This document shows positions 13,700 through 24,029 of a stretch of DNA of 64,000 bases, piece by piece. Within the stretch, counting starts at the first letter, position 1. The number at the start of each line of letters is the position of its first letter. Source of the DNA: Carcharhinus longimanus (taxonomy: Eukaryota); the NCBI GenBank assembly GCA_030264375.1, contig JASCQW010000119.1, forward strand, positions 10,742,249 through 10,806,248, read 5' to 3'. A program made the translations under genes and the position numbers. The notes beneath the pieces are model-generated. The model had not been told where the DNA came from. It worked only from the letters and a program-made list of their open reading frames with translations, and searched no databases.

Positions 13700-14043
13700 T
13701 ATCTTCAAAATGTCATGCAGGAACATACGAGTTTCTTTCAGCAGCATGTGCCAATCTATGACTACTACCGTCTGTAAGGACAATAACAGCAGATAACTGC
13801 AATAAACAGAACCTGGAGATCTCCCCATAACCAGTCGCAATACTGACTTGAAAATAATTCACCACACCGCCATTGTCACTGTGTCAAATTCCTGGTTTTT
13901 GGCTCTCTAACAGCACTGTAGGTGTAAATAAAACTCAGAAATTCCATTGAATCAATAATGAGGCTCACCACCGTTTACTCAAGGAGAATTACTATTGGCC
14001 AGTTTAGCTACCGACGCCACATCACATGCATGATAAAAAAAAA
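13700..14043 (+). mobile_element. Non-LTR (CR1/L2 group) LINE 3' fragment
   Basis: Homologous to 21420-21950, 23170-23390 and 32065-32350 (AAGGACAAGGGCA...GTCAAAATCCTGGAA...GCCAGCGACGCC...A-rich tail). Confidence 0.7.
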
Positions 14044-14619
14044 CACTCAGGAGTGATATTGTCCCCTATGAAAAAGCAGCTCAATTGGAAAGGGTCATTG
14101 CAACCAATATGGAATATGAAGGAGAATACAACAGCAATGGAAAATGAAAATTGCCATTGTAGACAAGGTAAATTGTGGGGTGTAAATTCTACATAAGTAT
14201 GAGTAGTAAAATGTATTCGAACAGTTTAAAGAAACTGCATTTAAACCTAAGAGTACATGGCGGAATCAGAACTAGTAACGTAGTGGAAGTTATTGATGAC
14301 TCGTCAAAGCCTATGAAAAAAAGGCTTAAGCATGAAGTACATGAGTACATTTTATTCAAAATGAGTTAAATATATTTGCAGCTTCAGACAAAATGCAGGT
14401 GTTAGCGGGAGTGACTCTCAGAGAAATCACTCAAAGCTCAGGGTTGGTCCATGCATGAAATGGTTTATTATTGCCAGCGGGGAGATGGCTTATGTTAAAC
14501 TTAGTGCCACTCTCCGACGAACAAAGGAAAAAAAATCCATTCTGATACATTTTTCACGGCTCGACGTTGATTACAAATGACATGCATGTACATTAAAAAA
14601 AACAATACTTAAGGTGAGC

Positions 14620-15145
14620 TTGTGCATGATCTGCTCGTGGTCTCATGGACACGACTCATGGTACCTCCGTCAATATTATCTTTCTTTCTCCTATCTGGAG
14701 CCCTTCAGTGTACAATACTCCTTGTCCAGTGGGCCTCCTTATCAGCCCCCATGATTGTCTTCCCTAACCCTCCATGTCTGATTTTCATCCGAAGCCTCAG
14801 ATCATAGACTAGTGCCAGTCACCAGTATCTGCGGTGCATTGTGCGCACGCTTATGCTGAAGCCAGCGATTGGTGTTCAGGAATGTAGCTGAAAGCTAGCA
14901 TCCATCTTGTGTCGTTTTACTATCCTGAGTTCCTGTATGTTCAATATGTTGAAGTTTTCATGCATGCCCGTCATGATCGTGCAACGGTAAGTTCACATAT
15001 ATTCATTATATGCGATTTATTCCTTCTATTATAAATTGCTATACACGTACCTTTGAATATAAATTGTTATGCTGGTATCTTTCAATATAATTTGTTATAA
15101 GGCACCTAAGCCGAGGATATTGTTCCCTCTAAAACTAGTCTTTCA
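14620..15145 (-). mobile_element. Candidate 3' LTR of the ERV (distal boundary unknown)
   Basis: On the minus strand a purine-rich GAAGGGAGAT (15155-15146) is followed immediately by TGAAAGAC at 15145, about 150 nt after the env stop. No matching second LTR found. Confidence 0.35.
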
Positions 15146-15300
15146 ATCTCCCTTCAACAATGCCCTGCTTTGTAAGTGGCTGCCCTCACCAGCCCCCGAA
15201 GCCGACGTTTCTATAATATATTAAAACGTTTTGGATCGCCCACTATTCCCTGCCTCATTGTGCTGCAGTCACATGATTTCAGGAATAATAGTCGGTTATA

Positions 15301-16970
15301 TCAAATTGAATTTCTCCGAATTACCCTGCCCGCCATGTCTCTTAAGACATTAGCAGTGACCTTCATGCTTTTGTGTTGCTGGTATTTCTTGCTGGACCAG
15401 CAAACGATATTGCATCATGCAAGGACTACTAGTAGTTGTAGGCCTGCTATCATGTGTGAAATGATTCAAATCCACGGGTGTATATTAATATTATTTCCCC
15501 AATCCAACACTCTGCCACCAAATCTCTTCCTGCAATAAAATTTCGGTGTCTTTTCCCAAAGTCTGAATTTTTGTTTGTAGCTGGTGGTATAGCTAAACTG
15601 AGTTTCCGATAAAATCTTAGCTCTCGCAGAGTTTCTGCCAGGTGTGGGATAGGGGAGAGTTCCGGTTCTTTATTGTCCTGTAAGGTATCATGGACTTTGC
15701 GACATTGATAGCCTGTATGCTTCGGCACCAAACTTGAATGATCCTAGCTACGCCTATTCTAACGAGGCCAAAACGCTCTGAAAAAGTACTTGACTTGGGG
15801 GATCATGCACAGCAAGCCATTATAACGATAGGACGTGGCTGAGACAAAGTATCTGCCCTTGATCGTTTATTCAGTGTGGGCAAAATGCCTATAGGTTGGC
15901 TCAATCTCCAGGACTCATCCTTCAGTACGGTTGAAGCCACATGTGCTCATGTCTCCCCATTCAACAGCGTGGGGGCAACAATGATGTCACCTCTCTGCTT
16001 AGACCCCAAAAGGGAGATTCCTTAGAATGAATTGTCCCTACCTATGGCTGCTGCCGAGGATAGGTGATAACAGAGGGAGGCATTTCCTCGCACTACCTCG
16101 ATATTTTCCAATTGGTATAGGGGAAATGGTCCAGAGCCCAGTGTGACTTTAGCGAACATCAGAAACACCCCCAGCCCGGTAGCTTCGCTCATCCCAACAA
16201 CCTGGAACTACTGGGTGTACTCTGCTGAGGCCTTTGAGAATGCATTTTTCCAATGCTCCTGTCCGTGTGGCTGTCTATGCCAGGCGGAAGCTGTCAATCC
16301 AATTGGGTATCTCCCCCCTTTTGATCTGACCGAGATTCTGTCACAACTGTCCCACCATCCATAGGCCGTATGTATGACAAAGTTGTTCCAGTCCTAATCG
16401 TACAGTGTTCTATCAGGTGTTTAATCGTGCGAGCATGGTCCTCCAGCATGTTATTGCATTTAACTGGATATCCATACCCACATCGCCCAAAGCTGCTTGT
16501 CTCTCTTGAGTTTCCTCTGATCGTTTTGGGAAATCCCTCATGACCAATTTAAGTTGTTCCACCTTTCCATTTAACCTCTGGATATCCAAAGGATTTAGCA
16601 GGGAGGTTCCCGTGTTTACCGCTGTGAGCACGTCACTAACTGTCCCTCTGTTTCTCCCCTGTCTCCGAACTCTAGAGGTCCCCATGGCGTCGGCAGCCTG
16701 TCTCATATCAAATTTACTGAAAACAAAACATACAAGTTTTTAGATTTTCTGAACAGTATTCCGGTATGTGAATTGCAGAAATGTTGACCAGAACAGGTCC
16801 AATCTCATGTTTCACATTATCATATCAAATTTCTCCTTCGTTTAAAAGTACAATCCCGTTCTCGGGTCCCTTAAAAAACCATGGGGCATGACAATATTTC
16901 TGGGGAGGGAATAGGAGAGAGCTTTGAATAGAAGGGAAAAACAAACATACAGGAAAAATGCCACTGCATC
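15301..16970 (-). pseudogene. env: Endogenous retroviral envelope pseudogene with class I fusion (paramyxo/pneumovirus F-like) architecture
   Basis: In order, across frameshifts: hydrophobic leader AVAFFLYVCFSLLFKALS; KGPENGIVLLNEGEI*YDNVKHEIGPVLVNISAIHIPEYC; basic site RVRRQGRNR (16673-16647); fusion-peptide-like GTVSDVLTAVNTGTSLLN; heptad LDIQRLNGKVEQLKLVMRD; CHTYGLWMVGQL*QNLGQIKRGEIPNWI; LGVFLMFAKVTLGSGPFPLYQLENIEVVRGN; HR2 YHQLQTKIQTLGKDTEILLQEEIWWQ; Trp-rich LDWGNNINIHPWI; TM IISHMIAGLQLLVVLA; short basic tail to TGA at 15301. Confidence 0.8.
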
Positions 16971-17717
16971 CGTCTCCTCATACTATCAGCATACTCTGAC
17001 TCTCTTTTTGGGCAGTTGGGATGGGCCCAACCTCGGTGCAAGTATAATTCCAAAGATACATCCAACCTTTTTGCGCACTTCCCTGTGGTCCAGACAACCG
17101 GTTGTCCAATCCGAAGTCCATTTGAGAAACACGTCATCCTTGCCCGGATAACTTGTAACCAAGCATTAAAATAAGTCCTATCTTTAGCCCAGTCTTTACC
17201 TGACATAATGCAGATTCAGTCGGTGAAATTGTGCAACGCTCCTCAGCCCATGGGATTTCGACCCGCCAAGGTCGGTTGCATTTGAAGAATCGGGTTGACA
17301 TCATTCTGGGGTTGGGGGGATGGTAGTGAGGGGGCGGGGGGGAGGGGGGCTGTCTTATGAACAGTCTCTCAGGACGATCAGTCCGCAAAGGTTAAGTACC
17401 CATTTGTATTCCATGACTTATGGGTTAAAAAAAAGGAGCCTGCGGTACGAGGTTTTAGAAATCGGTACTCTTCATGTAACTCCTTATGTGCAAGCTGACA
17501 TCCTGGGGATAAAAGGAGAAAATTCGATTTTGGGTTACCTTGGTCGAATTCATGATATTGCCCATTTAAAAATGACATACACCCCATATAAACGAAAAAT
17601 AACCGTGAACGCCCAAATACAATGGGTTGTAGATCGTTAACCCATGCCTGGTACGTTCAGCATACCAGTCGGTTTCCTATATTGGGATTTTGGTAGATTC
17701 AGCCATTACCCTTTGGA

Positions 17718-18200
17718 TTATAACTCCTCAGTTTTCTTTTCAATACAAGCACAAGTGTCACTAGTCATAATGATGTCGTAGGGTCTCGTCCATTTGGCTG
17801 CAAACGTCACTTGTTCAGGGGCCACTTTCACTAATACTTTGTCCCGTGCTGCTGAGCAACTGCAGCTGCCTGCATTCCATCATTTTCGTCACAGAAAATG
17901 TGGAATGGTTTGGTGATGTCAGGAAATCCCCAAACTGGTGTTCTCAAAAAGCCTGCTTCAAATCTGAAAAAGCCTCTACTTCTGCATCTCCACCCCCGCC
18001 CCCANNNNNNNNNNNNNNNNNNNNNNNNNNNNNNNNNNNNNNNNNNNNNNNNNNNNNNNNNNNNNNNNNNNNNNNNNNNNNNNNNNNNNNNNNNNNNNNN
18101 NNNNGCTCTATCTTCCCCTGACTAGACCTTCCTCCATTTATCAAATGCTATGAGGGTTTTACCACTAGGGCATCATCTTCCAAAAAACTTCTGACAACAG
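17718..18200 (-). pseudogene. pol: Retroviral pol remnant: RT thumb/connection fused to the integrase C-terminus
   Basis: RSFLEDDALVVKPS*HLINGG..[gap]..GDAEVEAFSDLKQAF/RTPVWGFPDITKPFHIFCDENDGMQAAAVAQQHG, then DKVLVKVAPEQVTFAAKWTRPYDIIMTSDTCACI. These resemble retroviral AFxxLKxAL..PALGLPDxTKPFxLFVDE and GDxVLVK..PRWxGPYxVILTT. Confidence 0.8.
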
Positions 18201-18639
18201 CTAAAAAGTTTTCAATACTTGTTTTACCTGTTTTTTCTGATGGAAAGCCTTGAAACTGTTTTTTTTTCAAATACTACAAGCTAAGAACATCTTTGAAATA
18301 AAAATCAAATCTGTCAATTTGATTCCATGCCATAACTTACTTCAATTGTTTGTTCTTGTCCTAAATAACATCATTTTATTAAGGTAACTTCCTAACAACA
18401 CATTTTCTTACCTCAGAATCATCCCAAATTCAGGAAACAGTGTTGTCAGCTTTCAAATGCTCATTTGTGCCTATCTTATTTTCTTTTTCTTTGAAGAAAA
18501 CTTTGTTTCTTTATTTATAGCTATCACCTAAACAGCATTCTACTTCCTAGAATCCCATTGCATGTCTCTCTTGTATCCAGTGAATACCACTTTTGATTTT
18601 ATCCTCTTCCGTTTACTGTCAGCTCCTCTCTAACAGAAT

Positions 18640-19233
18640 CGAGACATTAAGTTTACGAGTCGGGAGGAAATCCTGCAACTTTATAAGACCCTTGTCAGAC
18701 CCCACTTGAAGTACTGTGCACAGTTCTGGTCGCCTCACTACAGGAAAGATGTGGAAGCTATTGAGAGGGTGCAGAAGAGATTTACAAGGATGTTGCCTGG
18801 ATTGTGAGGCATGCCTTATGGAGATAGGTTGAGGGAGCTTGGTCTCTTCTCCCTGGGGAGACGTAGGTTGAGAGGCGACCTGATTGAGGTTTATAAAATG
18901 TTGATAGGAATAGATAGAGTGGATTCTCAAAGGCTAATTCCCAGGGCTGAAATGGTCGCTACGAGAGGACACAGGTTTAAGGTGCTGGGAAGCAAGTACA
19001 GAGGACATGTTAGGGGTAAGTTTTTCACTCAGAGGGTGGTGAGTGAGTGGAATCGGCTACCGTCGGTGGTGGTAGAGGCGAATTCTCTGGGGTCTTTTGA
19101 AAGACTTCTGGATGAGTACATGGGATTTAATGGGATTGGGAGTTACAGATAATTCTATGGCCTGGTAGGTATGGATATGATCAGCGCAACTTGTGGCAGC
19201 AACTGTTTGTGCTGTAGTGTTCTATGTTCTATA
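18640..19233 (+). mobile_element. Young 5'-truncated CR1 LINE
   Basis: LQLYKTLVRPHLKYCAQFWSPHYRKDVEAIERVQKRFTRMLPG and ORF 18811-19152 (RLRELGLFSLGRRRLRGDLIEVYKM..FFTQRVVSEWNRLP). Tail TTCTATGTTCTAT. Confidence 0.95.
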
Positions 19234-20065
19234 TCTTTTATTATCCTGTTCATTTTCTTTTCTCATTTATTCCACTGAAGTATTTTCCTCATCTCTAATT
19301 ATATGCATCTGTCAATTTGTTGTTATAGGTGGGCTCTCCCTTTTAGTCCGTCTGGCATCTAATACAGTTTTCAATCTTCCCATATTCATAATTTACAACA
19401 GATCTACTACTCAAATTTTCTAGATGATTCACTGACTTTGCATATCCATGTAACATACTTTAATTACAATGCATTATGACAGTATAGTAGTTCCCATCGT
19501 TAATCACAAAGTCGCATTCTACCGAATGTAAGTCCCTTTTCAGATTTTTTTTATTTTATGTCTTAAAATTACTGCAAGTCTTATAATACAAAGTTCCGTC
19601 CTGTCTGGAAGAGGATGTATTAATTCTCTGTGTGTTTCAGTACGGCGGAGTAAATTCATTCAGATTGACATAATCACTTCAAACGTTCTGGAATACTCTT
19701 TCCATTTATGTTTTCATTGTCAATTCAACCAAGAATACATTTTCAAATTTAATAAAAAGCCTGATCCAGATTAATCCAAAACAAGATTTATTTTCATCAC
19801 TTTTAAACACGTCTACGAAATTAAGACGTTTACAGTTCATCACAATCTTTCCAGTTTAAGCAGAAAATGTGCATGATTAATTATTTCTACAGCTGTCTTT
19901 GCAACCAATACAAGCAGACACAAAATAAAATCAACTATGCGCTGAAATGGTTAACTCTCCTTAAAACTTTTCAGATGTAATGTAGTGCCATCTTTCCCAC
20001 ATGGCAGAACTCAAATTTCTGTCCGATTCCTATTTTTGAAAATGGCCATGGCCTCCACGACTAAG

Positions 20066-20505
20066 GAACCCTGTCCCTGCGCCAATTGCACTACGAAAGA
20101 TTTCAACTGGTGAACGGAATTTATTAAACTTGCACATAGAGGAGCAATTCACTTTGACCTGCGAGTCCCTATTCCACCATATGATGGTCGAGGTCGCACA
20201 ATTACATCCTCTCTCTTCCCATGCCACACGCGGAGAGTCAGTGCCTGCTTGTATATTTTAACCCTTTACTCCCCTCTTTGGTCTTTGACGTTTCAGACCA
20301 ACCTATTTTAACCTGATTTGAGTCACTTTTGCCTTTGCAACGGCACTGGCGTTGATGTCTGTTCTACTCATCGGTGCAACGAAGGTTACCTTAGATTTCT
20401 GGTGGTTGCCTAAAGCCGTTCCTCAACTTTACAAATGATCAACATTATCAAAAGATACTAGCCCTGTCTTTAGTATCGTCTACTGCGCAAGACTCGGGCC
20501 GTAAC
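20066..20505 (-). mobile_element. Candidate 5' LTR plus tRNA-Ser-like primer-binding site
   Basis: Minus strand reads AATAAA (~20125), ..TGCA end at 20087, a 2-nt spacer, then TGGCGCAGGGACAGGGTTC (20084-20066). This is close to the complement of vertebrate tRNA-Ser(UGA) 3' end TGGCGCAGCGAGCAGGGTTC as I recall it. Confidence 0.45.
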
Positions 20506-21419
20506 GTTATAATGGGAAAAAGATCGGGATCTGACGATTAGCAGTGCCTTCAATTCCATTAATGTGGTGCATTAAATTATGGAAACTGATTTAAATACTA
20601 CGAAGCCCCTGTGCGCTTTTGGACGATTTCTACATGCACAAAGCGTAAACAAATCAATAAAAATAAGGAGCAGACAATAGACGTTATTTTTACAATTACT
20701 TAAATGAAACGTTAGAAGTTTGGCAAAATGTATGTCAAACTTTGTAAAGTCAGCATTGAGATTTTGACATGTAATTCTTATCGCAATATGTTGTGAACAA
20801 ATTTAGTTATATGAATTACAAATAGGATATACAAAACGGGAACAGTCGAAAGCCTGGGAGTCTTTTGTTTCAGCATGACACGCTAAAATGTGACATTGCA
20901 GATTTAATTAAAAACGTGACATATTGTCTTCCTTTAAACACTGAACAAATGCATTATTATATGCTGAAGAGCACTATTAGAAACGAAAAACATAGCACAG
21001 TGACCAAGTGACCCAGTAGTGAATTCAGATGCAAAGTCTTCTGAAAAGAGTTGGCAATATCGTGAATTAGGCACCATAGTACATGGTTGAACATTCCTGC
21101 ATAGATTATTTTAAGGGAGAACCACCCAAGCATACGAGGCAGTCACATAGTAATGGATGTAGATTGGATGCGAGAAGTTGAACGCATTTCCAGAGTCTCC
21201 TAAACACCAGCTTTAACTTATTAGGACTAACGGCTGTTTGGAACGTCACGTAGCCTAGTATGGAAGTGGGAAAAAAAATCACTGAAACGAAGAAATGGCA
21301 ATGTCTGTAAGTTGTCAAATGGAGACAAAGAGTGGCCATTTTTACATGATGTGGCTCTGACTGTGGCCAAAGTGCGAGAAGAAAATTAATTAACCTAAGA
21401 AAATTTTAAAATAGTAAAA

Positions 21420-21950
21420 TGATGTTGAATGCCAGGAGTATGTTGGCATGTTGCTCATTTGCGTGGATAAATGCAGTTCACAAAACACGCAAGAAACTTC
21501 ACACCATTCAGGACAAAGCAGCCCGCTTGCTTGCTGTCTCTTTCACAAACTTTCAATACCTCCCATATCGATGCTCAATTCCAATGATTTGGAGCACCTA
21601 CAAGAGAGAATGCAGGAACTAATAGAGGATTCTGAGGATGCACCATCCAAACCCTACTGGACTACTATCTAGAAGGACAAGTGCAGCAGATACCGGAAAC
21701 GACCATAACGTGTCGGGTAGTCTCCACCTTGCTCATCTGACTTTGAAACCTACCGCTCACCGGTCCATCACTGTTCCTGGACAAATATCCTGGAATTCGC
21801 TCCCTATAAGGGCTGTGGGTGCAACAATACGGCTAGGGAATGCAGAGTTAAATCAGGGAGCTCACAAACACCTTATACTGAAAAATTATTTTGGATTATA
21901 ATTGCTGGCATAGCCGACAACACCAATAATCCATAAACGAAGTTCTTAAG
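21420..21950 (+). mobile_element. Non-LTR (CR1/L2 group) LINE 3' fragment
   Basis: ARSMLACCSFAWINAVHKTRKKLHTIQDKAARLL resembles the LINE ORF2 C-terminal RSVMEYSPLAW..KKLDTIQDKAARLI, followed by the shared 3' UTR. Confidence 0.8.
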
Positions 21951-22344
21951 AAATTAATTAATCTTATGGTGCGTTATTGGCATTGAACTAGCATGCATTA
22001 TTTTAAGTTTTGGAGAGTTTGATTGATTTTGAAGGAAGCCATGTTTCGGAAAGAATTAAGTTTTGCTAGAAATATTGAAACAATAGTACATGTTGGGGAA
22101 AGCGGTCAGCCACACGACTGTTGACCTGCTCAAAGCAGTGTTTATAAATTTGAATTTAAACTGGCATTCAATTAGAACAAGTTACTCGGGATACATTAAC
22201 ACAAATTAATGTTTTGTACCTTTGCATGCCTTCCGCAAAAATGGGAAACTGTTTTGATACTTAATGAGCAAAGGTCATTTCGGGGAAATTGAAACATTAG
22301 ATTTGTGTGTGTGTGTGAGATAGAGAGAGAGATAGCTAAGACAA

Positions 22345-22735
22345 ATTGTTGTTCATCCATCGTGGACCTCGACACCATTAGTCATTTTGAGGCTGATTGC
22401 AGTGTGTCCGAAGATGACTGATCAGGCCAACTCGGGCACGAAATGTCCTAGCACACAGTGGACAGACTTGTGTAGACACTGTAGAGGCACGAAATGTCCT
22501 GGCACATATTGGACAGACTTGTGTAGACACTGGTGGTTCTGGATTTGCGCAGCTCGCGCTTAAGTTGTGCTTCAGCATTGCACCTTGCTTCGTGAGCTTG
22601 ACAGCCTGTGTGGATGAGACAGCGCCAGGTAGGGCGGTTTTGTGCCAGCGTTTCCTAGGTGGTCGTGTCAATGTCAAGCGACTTCAGGGAGGCCTTGAGT
22701 GTGTCTTTGAAACGAAAGACAAGTTACAGACAACG
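22345..22735 (-). mobile_element. RTE-clade LINE 3' end
   Basis: RFKDTLKASLKSLDIDTTT*ETLAQNRPTWR and C-terminal zinc finger CPLCARTFRARVGLISHLRTH. Short 3' UTR ending GAACAACAA. Confidence 0.88.
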
Positions 22736-23169
22736 TCAATCGTTCTTAGACTGTTCCATACATCTTCTGGCGAGGGATTGCGACATTTTGATTAGTGCTG
22801 GATTGATGCAGCTATTTTGCGCAGTGCATTGTGATTTCACGCAACGGTTAAATAAAAGTTTGGATATATTGTGAATTTGCTCGGGAACCTGGAATCAAAT
22901 GCTTCAGGCAGCTGTTGTAGGGTTAGGTATCAGCAGTGGTGTTGACCAGAGACTGAAGAAAACCACAGGAATAAAACAATGTGAGTGAATATGTTGATTC
23001 AGGATGCTCGAAGTGCACAATTATGCAGGCCTTGTGTTGCATGAAAATGTAGCCTTGGATTGAGCAAGACAGCAGAATGAATATTAGTTTTCCAAAATAT
23101 GATGGGCCAAGAGGATCGTCGGACAGCATCACCCTTAACTCCATAATTTTTAACCATCATAAAGGGCAT

Positions 23170-23392
23170 GAACAGCAGGCACATGAGAACAAATACACCC
23201 ATGGAACACAACCACCAACGCATCCACTCACCTAATTGGCAATATTTTCTGTCGCTTGTCCAAATCTTGAAATGGTCCTTCCAAGGACTTTGAGTATGTC
23301 AGCAACACACTGACTGCAGCACTTCAGGGACAGGCAATAAATGCACCATTGTCAGTGACGTTAAGGCCACAGAAAATATGTTTATATTTTAA
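23170..23392 (+). mobile_element. LINE 3' UTR fragment (same family as 21420-21950)
   Basis: Internal similarity (GCAGGCACATGAGAACA...GTCCAAATCTTGAA...GGCAATAAATG). Confidence 0.6.
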
Positions 23393-24029
23393 AAAATCCC
23401 TATGCACATTTGCACGCAATAAGCAGAACCGTGGTATTAAATGTGGACATTAAATAAGATGTCAGGATCAATGAACAACTAACCGAGTTTGCGACTTATT
23501 GATATATGTCTCTCATAAAGGACTTGGCGCCAAATTTGTGATAATTTGGGAAAGTAAGGTTATTGCATTATTGCTAGGTTGGTATATTGCTTCCACATTA
23601 ATTCATTTCATCTGGGCCTCAGGGAGGCAATACGTTTACTTGTTTTCTTATTTGTACTTTACGGAGACACAGAATGGCTCGCAGAACTATATTAATTTGA
23701 TACTGAAATGCAGTATCAACGCTATTGAGTCAGTTGTATCCGGGTGCTAAAATTAGTATTGCACCTGGAAAGAGGATTGGGTAGGTCAAGACATTTAGAT
23801 GTATATCGAAAAGTTAATGACATTTTGTAGTTATTTCTAATAGTTTATGAATTCCCTTTGCAGAATCCTGAGTTCACAAACTGACCACTTGGAGGGGGGG
23901 GGGGGGGTGGTTTGGGGGGAGGGGCTATCACGTGTAGATGCTTGCAGACAACTCGTTGAAATGACACCTGACATGGATCCAAGGTGTACGTAAAATAACC
24001 TATCTAAAACATACCGTCTAAGATACAGA

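Larger units (their letters stand above)
20560..23830 (+). pseudogene. Decayed TLR21/22/13-like gene, C-terminal LRRs, LRRCT, TM and TIR box 1, interrupted by LINE fragments
   Basis: Ordered peptides HFQSLLN (~21190); TFACLPQKWETVLILNEQRSFRG (22218-22286); PYIFWRGI; REPGIKCFRQLL; TGIKQ; LVLHENV (~23040); WY*MWTLNK; YVYLFSYLY; YPGAKIS..KEDWVGQDI (23737-23795). This is the order of TLR21-type PFxxLxxLxxLxLxxQ..G, PGIFKNL, ENMGIQ, NWT, YDAFISY..DEDWV. Confidence 0.5.

Noticed and set aside
18200-20060. Expected gag/protease/RT core between the PBS and pol remnant
   Set aside because: No recognisable motifs in the minus-strand frames I read, so not annotated.
23892-23925. G-rich tracts with G-quadruplex potential (also 17330-17349, 25407-25434, 62464-62491)
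   Set aside because: Homopolymer expansions within decayed repeats are common throughout the window, with no evidence of function.
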